Shown here piece after piece: positions 55,287 to 64,000 of a stretch of 64,000 bases of DNA. Position numbers and translations under genes: made by a program. This DNA is from Octopus sinensis (Eukaryota). The notes under the pieces are model-generated. The model saw nothing but the letters and a program-made list of their open reading frames with translations. It was not told where the DNA came from and did no database searches. The stretch is taken from the NCBI RefSeq assembly GCF_006345805.1, contig NC_042997.1:118110001-118174000 (forward strand), written 5' to 3'. The first letter of the stretch is position 1. Each line of letters begins with the position of its first letter.

Positions 55287-55520
55287 GTGAGGTATATTTG
55301 CCACTTAAATGTGGCTAACCACTAAGGGTGGATGCTACTGTAGCTTGTAGCTCCAGGAGAACATCTTCTCCAGCTGGCTACTGACACAGTTTCTGTGCCC
55401 TATCCGTGCCACAAAAAGTGTGTCAATAGCCAGCTGGAGAAGATGTTCTCCTGGGGCTACAAGCTACAGTAGCATCCACCCTTAGTGGTTAGCCACATTT
55501 AAGTGGCAAATATACTTCAC
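55287..55520. repeat. Near-perfect 234-bp palindrome (foldback/MITE-like)
   Basis: Arms of about 105-110 bp (gtgaggtatatttgccacttaaatg...gacaca / tgtgtc...catttaagtggcaaatatacttcac) with few mismatches and a short loop. Confidence 0.92.
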
Positions 55521-56302
55521 GTTGTCGTGCAGTTACTGTTTATACTTCATTCAGAGATATATTAATGAGGATTTCGTTATACTAAACTGCTTCGATTAAA
55601 TACTTCCACTGTATTGAAAAGATGACAGAATGCTACGCAAAAGTCAACTTCTAAGACAGTTATGCTGAAAAGTGTGCCAGTTCATATCAAGCTGTTACTG
55701 GCACTACGAGTTTCCGACATAAGGCAAATTCTCAATGGCTTACTGTACCTCATGCATAGAGATTTCTTTCACGTGCTTTAGAAGTTGGTTAAATTGGAGA
55801 TGAAGTCCCTCCTCCAAATCTCAAATGCGTTAGTTAAGTTAATGTAACTTATTTAATGTAAATAGTAACATAAAGCAATCTAGAAGAAGTAGAAGGCGAT
55901 GAAAAATATTAATACTACTACAAAATGAACGATGCAGCAACATCATAACCGACAATACATCAATGTTTCAGAAGCAAGTGCCTAGTCTCAAGTACACCTA
56001 CCACTTCTCCATTTACAGATTAGATACATCTCGAAGGGGCGACAAACCAATATGTCCGTAGCGTCCCTTTAGTCTCAGGGAACCCCAGATATTGGTCAAG
56101 TATAACCGTACACAGCTGCATATATATAAAGAATGATAATAGACGATCATTTCGGGGCAAGAGTTGCAAAGCAGCACTCTTAGGACAGACTATGTCACAT
56201 GATTTCGGAGTGCTCGTGAGCACCTGTAGTAGCAGTAGCAGCAACGATGAAGGCGACGACAGTAGCAACAATAACAGCAACAACAACAACAGCAGCAACA
56301 AG

Positions 56303-56660
56303 TGGAGGCGCAATGGCCCAGTGGTTAGGGCAGCGGACTCGCGGTTTCGATTCCCAGACCGGGCGTTGTGTGTGTTTATTGAGCGAAAAGCTCAACGAGA
56401 CTCCGGCAGGGGGTATTGGCGACCCCTGTTGTACTCTTTCGCTCCAACTTTCTGTCACTCTTTCTTCCTGTTTCTTGTCCCCGACTTCCTACGCAACCGC
56501 TGAGCCTGGATGCGCATTCATCTATCCGTCGATTCTCTCGGTGTGGGGTGTTGACCTGCTTTCTCTTCTGCGGGTCTTACGAACAGTAAAGGACCACGTT
56601 TCGGACTTCTCCCATTTTGCGAGCTCTGGGACGAAGACTGTTCGCTCAACAGCAGCAGCA
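56303..56660 (+). mobile_element. SINE S3, full length, inside a (CAA/CAG)n tract
   Basis: Colinear with 27868-28246 and ending ttcgctcaacagcagcagc. Confidence 0.9.
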
Positions 56661-56949
56661 ACAATAGCAACTGTAGCAACAATAACATAAAACATGAGAA
56701 ACTATTTGATATGACTTGATCTGTTAGAAACAGTTACTAAATTTGCCTCAGATAACCTCTACCACCGTTTACTTTTTCAAAGCAAAAGTCACACGAAATA
56801 ATGTAGTTCTAAAAACACCGAGTAAAACACTGTATGGTCGTGGCTGGGTTGACCTAGTCCCAAACACCACCACCACCAACAACAACAACAACAACAATAA
56901 TAAAGACGACAATAAGAACTGAAACAGCAATGACAATCTCGACATCGTC

Positions 56950-57832
56950 ACCTAAGGTATTTTTCGATGTTATTATTATTATCACTGATTGGAATCGAAC
57001 TCGGAATCTTCGGGTTAGTAGCCCGCACTATTAACCATTACACCATATGCCTGTGGGCATTTACGGAGTTTATACGGAATTTATAGGGTTTATAAATCTA
57101 ATATTTTCCTATCCTTCCTTAATACAGGTTCCCATATGGTATTCATATCTGCACTTGGTCTGCTTAGGAGGTTGTTGTGTCCTAGCATATGTGTTGCTTC
57201 TTTTAGTTTTCGTATTTTACATTGGTGTTCTCTGTCTATTATTTTAACTTCATCCCACAAAGTGAGGTGGTCTCCACTTTTCCATACATGATCAGCTATA
57301 CCCGTTTTATCAATATCTCCTCGTGTCACAGCTTTGCGATGTTCGTCTACCCTTATTTTGAGGGGGCAGCATGTTTCGCCTTTGTATTACCTATCACAGC
57401 TGCATAGGATGGAGTACATGCAGTCTTTGGTCATATTCTCTTCTATTGGTGGTTTTACTCGAAGGAGATATTTGCGAAGTGTTCTATTACTCTTGAATAC
57501 TTTTTGGAGAGGCATTTCACATAGAGTAGACAGACTGTGGACAGTTTATTGGTTTCATTCCCTCTTTTCTTCATAATTGGAATGGTTTTGGGGCAGTTGT
57601 TGATTAATAGATTGTTATTGAGCTTGATCATTTCTTCGTGGTGTGTATCGCGATCGCTACTTATATTCTTTGTGCGATGTTTTAGGCACTGAACTATCCC
57701 TCTTTTTACACTGCATGGATGGTGAGAATTGAAGTTTAGGTATCGTCCAGTGAAGGTCGGCTTGCGGAATACGGATGTCCTGACTCCATACTTCGTGCGT
57801 GTTTTTAATACGTCCAGGAATGCTAGCTGAAC

Positions 57833-57877
<45 letters not shown>

Positions 57878-58025
57878 TATAATAGCATCGAAAAATACCT
57901 TAGGAATGAGAACCCAGGTTCTAAATTTCCCCAAGACACCTGATGAAGGCTGGAGGGTATATCAGCTGAAACGTTGTGTTAACAACAAACAAGATGAGGA
58001 CAAATAACCATCAAATGTAAATAAT
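56950..58025 (-). mobile_element. Penelope/Poseidon-like element, 5'-truncated, with inverted pseudo-LTR
   Basis: Minus strand QLAFLDVL..VFRKPTFTGRYLNFNSHHP..KRGIV, CMYSILCSC..YKGET and KTGIADHVW..H...WDEVKIIDRE..RKLKEA. cctaaggtatttttcgatg at about 56951 is inverted at about 57886-57904. Confidence 0.88.
57935..57980 (+). ncRNA. Minimal type I hammerhead motif in the PLE pseudo-LTR
   Basis: gacac-CTGATGA-a-ggctg gagggtatat cagct-GAAA-cg-TT-gtgtt. Confidence 0.75.
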
Positions 58026-58660
58026 AACCCATAATTCACTGGTATTCATTCAGTCGACTAGAATACAAAGGGAGGTGCACACACACACACACACGCACAC
58101 ACACACACACACACACGCACACACACACACACACGCACACACACACACATGTATGTAGATATATCCCACAAACTGATTTGTTGTGTTCTTTATTGTTTCT
58201 ACTAACCCACGCCATTTAAAAAAGAATTACATTAAATTAATTTGTCAAAGAAACTGCTTAGTATCGTAATTTGTTTTGACAAGACATAACGTGAGGTCTT
58301 GTAGAGGTGGGGGATGAAAAAATGGACATTTCAAGAATCAATAGCAGTCTTTTATTGATATATTCTTTTTTTATTCCATTGCGGAAAGATGAAACACATT
58401 GATAAGACAGAATTAAAATTTCGAACGTAAACCGACGAACTTAAATACTAGAAGGTATTTAATCTGGTGCTACCAACTTAATGCCAGCAAATAAACTGTC
58501 TGGTGTATATTTAAACATATCAGATAGAAGTGTGTTGATAGTATTTTAAAATATTTCAAAGTCTCTCAGAATATATGGCTATGAAAAATAGTGCAATGAT
58601 TAGTTAAAGCGATTTTAAATAGATGTCCTACGTATTCGTATCATTAAAATACCTAATTAA

Positions 58661-59105
58661 GGCGGCGAGCTGGCAGAATCATTAGCCCGCCGGGCGAAAT
58701 GCTTAGCGGCATTTCGTCTGCCGTTACGTTCTGAGTTCAAATTCCGCCCAGGTCGACTTTGCCTTTCATCCTTTCGGGGTCGATTAAATAAATACCAGTT
58801 ACGCACTGGGGTCGATATAATCGACTTAATCCGTTTGTCTGTCCTTGTTTGTCCTCTCTGTGTTTAGTCCCTTGTGGGTAGTAAAGAAATAGGTGGCGTG
58901 CTGGCTGAGCTGTTAACATGCAGGACAAGATACTTAGCAGCAGTTCGTCAGTTTTCACGTTCTGAGTTCAAATTCCACGGAGGTCGACTTCGCTTTTGCC
59001 TTTCATCCTTTCGGGATCAATAAAATAAGTACGAGTTGATCACTGGGGTCTATGTAATCTATTAAACTCCTTCCCCACCAAATTTCAGTGCAGGAAAGAA
59101 AGATT
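58661..59105 (+). mobile_element. SINE S1 tandem pair (long-tail copy, then short-tail copy)
   Basis: Head at 58661, tail ..gtgggtagtaaagaaata at about 58890, and a second body to about 59105. Confidence 0.9.
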
Positions 59106-59314
59106 ACTGTTTTTATTTCGCTTTGCCAGAGGTTTTGTAGGAACTCCTGGAGTCTTACATGCGTAGCGGGTTTCCTACTTGCAGCCTACGGTACCATACT
59201 ATCCATTCTTTTCAGCTATCTAATACTCAACTGATTATTCTGGCCGTGCCATGGAAGCAAACACTTTGTAACCGTTCTACTGGGCACTCTATTCCAATTT
59301 CCTTTATATTTCCC

Positions 59315-59655
59315 GCGCGACATGGTGATCTCATATCAAGATAAACTGCATGACCTTGCAGGCGGGGGCCCACTTAGAATTTTCTTCAGGTTGAGCAGCC
59401 CACCAAGCTCAAAAGGTCTTTCAGTAAGGGTTGTTTAAGGATGTTGAATGAAACACCCATATGTCAAAAGGGGAATTATCCAAACCCCAAAGAATTCCTC
59501 TCAACACATGGCTATGATGCTCCACCACAACTTCTGCTCGTGATTAGAGATGCACATATCGTCAATCACTAAGAGACATGCTCAACTGGTTAAGGTCAAG
59601 CAACTGACAAGTAAATCTGTGATATTGAGCAAGATAGTTGCTGTAGCTCATCTTT
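59315..59655. repeat. Unclassified interspersed repeat, copy 1
   Basis: gcgacatggtgatctcatatcaagataaac..catgacctt.cagg..ggggccca.ttagaa is shared with 60554-60633. Confidence 0.6.
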
Positions 59656-59849
59656 TAGTAGTTTCCTCTACACACTACACACAAGCCTTTCCCCTAATTT
59701 CCTTTTTTTCATACAAAAACTAATGCAAATTTCGAACGGGGTATAGCTGTGAATAGAGCGCAGAAAATTGGGTAACACCCACTACATAATGGTTAGGGGA
59801 GAAAAGTTACCAACAGGTAGCTACACGAAATTCAACTCTATACTTTAAA

Positions 59850-60188
59850 GAGTGTCTTCTATGCCCTCGGGCTAACCAAAGCCACGTGAGTGAATTTGGT
59901 AGACGGAAACTGAAAGAAGCCCGTCACACACACACATACACACACACACCACACATATATATATATATATAATATTTTTGTGCGTGTGTTTGTCCCTCAC
60001 TACCAATGTTTGACAGCTGATGCTGGTTTGTTTGCGTCCCCGTAACTTAGCCATTCGACAGAAGAAACTGATAGAATAAGCACCAGGCTTACCAGGAATA
60101 AGTCCAGGCGTCGATTTCTTCGACTAAAGAGCGGTGCTGAAGCATGGCCACCGTCAAATGACTGAAACAAGTAAAAGAACAAAAGAAT
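59850..60188 (+). mobile_element. SINE S2, 5'-truncated
   Basis: gtgtcttcta..tttggtagacggaaactgaaagaagcccgtc..aatgactgaaacaagtaaaaga. Confidence 0.88.
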
Positions 60189-60429
60189 ACCAGAAGAAAG
60201 TTCCGTACCACTAAATCAAGAAGGTGCTTTGAATATATACGATGTATTTTAAGGCTAAATAGTAATTCTGTTTACGTTTGCATAACCGAGATGTTTGGGT
60301 TGGATTATATAGTTATCGGTTTTACACTTCTTTCTATACTCTGTAACTGTTACTGTATAGAAACATTTCTCATGGCACCAGCACACAGTTTACACAAGCT
60401 TAGTCCAACTAGTTATTATTATCATTTTT

Positions 60430-60633
60430 CAGTGAGAGAGCAGTGCATGCCATCAAAGTGACACTGGAATAAAATATACAAAGCCCAGTATACCCATCAT
60501 GACTACCCGTCTGATAAAGGTACACTAGACACATGCATCACAACCATATGTGTGCGACATGGTGATCTCATATCAAGATAAACAGTACATGACCTTACAG
60601 GTGGGGCCCAGTTAGAAATTTCTTCAGGCCGAG
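60430..60633. repeat. Unclassified interspersed repeat, copy 2, ending at (TATC)n
   Basis: Overlaps copy 1 by about 80 bp of homology, followed by (TATC)n at 60634-60880. Confidence 0.55.
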
Positions 60634-60881
<248 letters not shown>

Positions 60882-61324
60882 ATGTGTGTGCGTGTTTATA
60901 TTTATATAAATGTTTATATATGTATGTACGTATGTTTATAGAACAGCTGGATATTCTGTCATTGCAGTACGCCTATTAGTCTTGCGCTTACAGCACCATT
61001 AACTGAAGATCCGTGTAAGATTAATAGTTGTAATGCGAAAACAAAATCTCCAGCTATGGATTAAAGCTGTTAATTGGCAGAGAATTCTCTAGTTTTGCAT
61101 ACTGCTTCTAATTCCAGACACATACATACATACATACATACATACATACATACATACATACATACATACATACATACATACATACATACATACATACATA
61201 ATCTACATGTATATGTATCTATCTACATACACACACATAATTCTGTATATATTCATATATATGTATATATGTATATATGTACATATATATATATGCATAT
61301 ATATATGCATATATATGTATATAA

Positions 61325-61387
<63 letters not shown>

Positions 61388-63246
61388 ATATGTGTGTGCG
61401 TGTGTGTGTGTGTGTGTGTGTATATATAAATGCTGAGACATTATAATAAGTTTGATAAAATTAAATATACAAGAAGTAAACTATAAGGCTAAATGAAATG
61501 AAAACAAATTATGCTTTTCTTTTGATTTGAGATGAACCGTTAAAATCTGCCACCAGGCGACCTATATGCTATAGGAAATATCTGATGCAATAGCTTAATA
61601 AGACATACAAACTTCAAGCTTATAGAAATTGTTGTGTTGAGTCTAATTTCGTTGAATTCTTTCTTTGAGTTTACCAGTGAATGTAACCAATTTCGATATG
61701 TCAGAACTCCTCACCGAGAAAACATTTCAATACATCTTAATTTTCTACGATGATTATATCTCCTCCTTGTAAATGTTGATGAATAGAAATTGTTGAGAAT
61801 ATTCCTCCTTGTTAACAACGATTTGAATTATGTTGAATGGAGAGTGTAATTTAAGTCAAGATAATTGAATGAATCAGAATTAAACTAGAGACTCGAGGCC
61901 TCATTTATTCATTGTTTATTGGACGTAAAGGTTACCCGTATATAAGATTTGTACAAGTTACCTTTAGATCTAATACAACAGTACATAATGATTATATCGC
62001 TTGAAACTTTACCCCAGTGATCTAATTTTCGGAGAGCATGAGCTATCATTTTAAATCTTTCTTAGACACATAAAGTATGCAGCGGTATATTTATGATTTC
62101 AAACATTTTTCAGTTATTCCTAGCTGGGTGTCTCTTATAAAGTTCACTCCACGGCATATATTCAGGTCAGGGTTTCTGTTTCAAGATGAAATGCATCCTA
62201 CTGTAACAGCCCATTATTTTACTCGCCACTTTCCGGCTCCAGAGACACTAAAAGATGTTATGGGTTCTGTCTTTTTCTCATCTTACTGAGGACATAAGCA
62301 TTTTCACCAAGAAGAAAAGAACTACAAAATTAGTCCAATGAAATCAGTGATCACGTGTGCATCACATGATTGAAGCATCAAAATCCACTTCTCTCTGGCA
62401 CACATGAACTACTTGATCCTCATTAAAAAGTTTATCCAACATATTGTTTAATGGAATGAGGAAGAGCAGAGAATGTTTTAGAGAGGAAGACGAAAATGTT
62501 TAATAACATTTAATTGAAGGCTTGAGTTCCCTTTTGCGTATCCAAATCAAATCAGTTTGCTCGAGACAAACCTTGCTACATCTCCGAGACCCGGAGTATT
62601 ACCTAAAATCGCAGGTGCAAAGAGAAAGAAAATACAAAAGGCATCGTTCAGAAACGGAATGGATAATTTTTTTCACTGAATCGACACTATGGCACCAAAA
62701 TAGGACGGAAGAAATGGCGCTAAGCATTTTGACCGGCATACTAACCATTCTTCCAGCCCGTCGCCTTTCTCTATGGCACTAATATGAGACATATCGTATT
62801 GTTCATGTGAACACTTGAACCTACAAGAAATAATAATCAAGTCTCGCTCAAATCAAATTTAAAATCTCAAAAAGAGGACACCTATATAAAAGGATACACT
62901 GTACATTGTATTCAACAGGAAGAAAAGAAACTGAGTGATCATGGCTCAAATGACTATTGATCATAGGTCAGCATGCTTAATCAAAACAAACCGAGGGCTA
63001 AATAACAGCAACTGTTGATAAATAATGAGTGATATGTAATATAGGTTAGAGAGAAAAATTAAAGACGAACTTGTTTCTGTATGAAGTATAAGTGGAATTT
63101 TTAATGTCAACATAAAATGGGAGATTATTTCTGACCGCCCCCACCGCCACAAAAAAGGACAGGAATAAAAATTAAAACGACTTTTATTTAAAATTGAGAG
63201 CGAAGCTTGTCGCATACAGTTTTCATTATTCAAGTTGTTTATGAAA

Positions 63247-63712
63247 GCGGCGAGGTGGCAGAATCGTTAGTGCGCTGGACGGAATGCTTAGTGGTATTTC
63301 GTCTGCCGCTACGTTCTGAGTTCAAATTCCGCCGGGGTCGACTTTGCCTTTAATCCTTTCGGGGTCGATAAATCAAGTACCAGTTACGCACTGGCGTCGA
63401 TGTAATCGACTTAATCCGTTTGTCTGTCCTTGTTTGTCCCCTCTATGTTTAGCCCCTTGTTGGCAATAAAGAAATAGATATAATCGACTTAATCCGTCCT
63501 TGTTTGTTCTCTGTGTTTAGTCCCTTGTGGGTAGTAAAGAAATAGGTATTTCGCCCGTCGCTACGTTCTGAGTTCAAATTCCGCGGAGTTAGACTACCTT
63601 TCGTGGGGTGGGGGCGATAAATTAAAAATCAGTCAAATACTGGGGTCGATGTAATCGACTATCCCCTTCCCCACACATTTCAGGCCTTGTACTTTGAGTA
63701 GAAAGGATTATT
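63247..63712 (+). mobile_element. SINE S1 with duplicated tail and second body
   Basis: Head gcggcgaggtggcagaatcgttag, tail gccccttgttggcaataaagaaata, a repeated tail, and then a short-tail body. Confidence 0.9.
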
Positions 63713-64000
63713 TAAGTTGTTTATATTCTTATTATTTCTTTGTAACTCAACACAAAAATAAGGTGGTTTCTTACTTTTTTTTATATTGTTTTGTTTCACC
63801 TTAAGTACACATGATCAAAAGCAATTCCATTGAAATTACTTATAGAAATGTGAGGCGTGTTTCTTGTTAGAGAAACGGAGAAATAGCTTCACTGTGGTAA
63901 ATATATACATACAGAAAACGGCACGTGTACCAGATAGTAACAAAGAGACAGTTAAAGGAAGATTATAAAGGGAGGCTTAACAAGCCTTGCAAACGAGATA

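Overview
AT-rich, microsatellite-saturated animal genomic DNA. Its SINE and repeat content suggests an octopus/cephalopod, which is an inference from remembered repeat families. Only one host coding segment is supported: a 1059-bp terminal exon on the minus strand (38741-39799) encoding a TMEM121/CECR6-family multi-pass membrane protein, whose start-codon exon was not located. The rest is mobile DNA: (i) three 5'-truncated Tx1-like (L1-clade) LINE copies, each embedded in (TATC)n, plus a decayed relative; (ii) many Penelope-like element (PLE) remnants and PLE-derived short elements carrying type I hammerhead ribozyme motifs, in tandem or inverted arrangement and usually inside (TA)n; (iii) three tRNA-derived SINE families, one apparently sharing its 3' tail with the Tx1 element; (iv) a decayed Helitron, mariner, pogo/Tigger, RTE and R4/Dong fragments, foldback elements and a 1.1-kb tandem duplication. 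The most interesting signals are a (TATC)n-targeting Tx1 LINE with a putative partner SINE, and a diverse set of hammerhead-bearing, retrozyme-like units. Almost all other listed ORFs are microsatellite or antisense artefacts. Boundaries were read by eye and are approximate.
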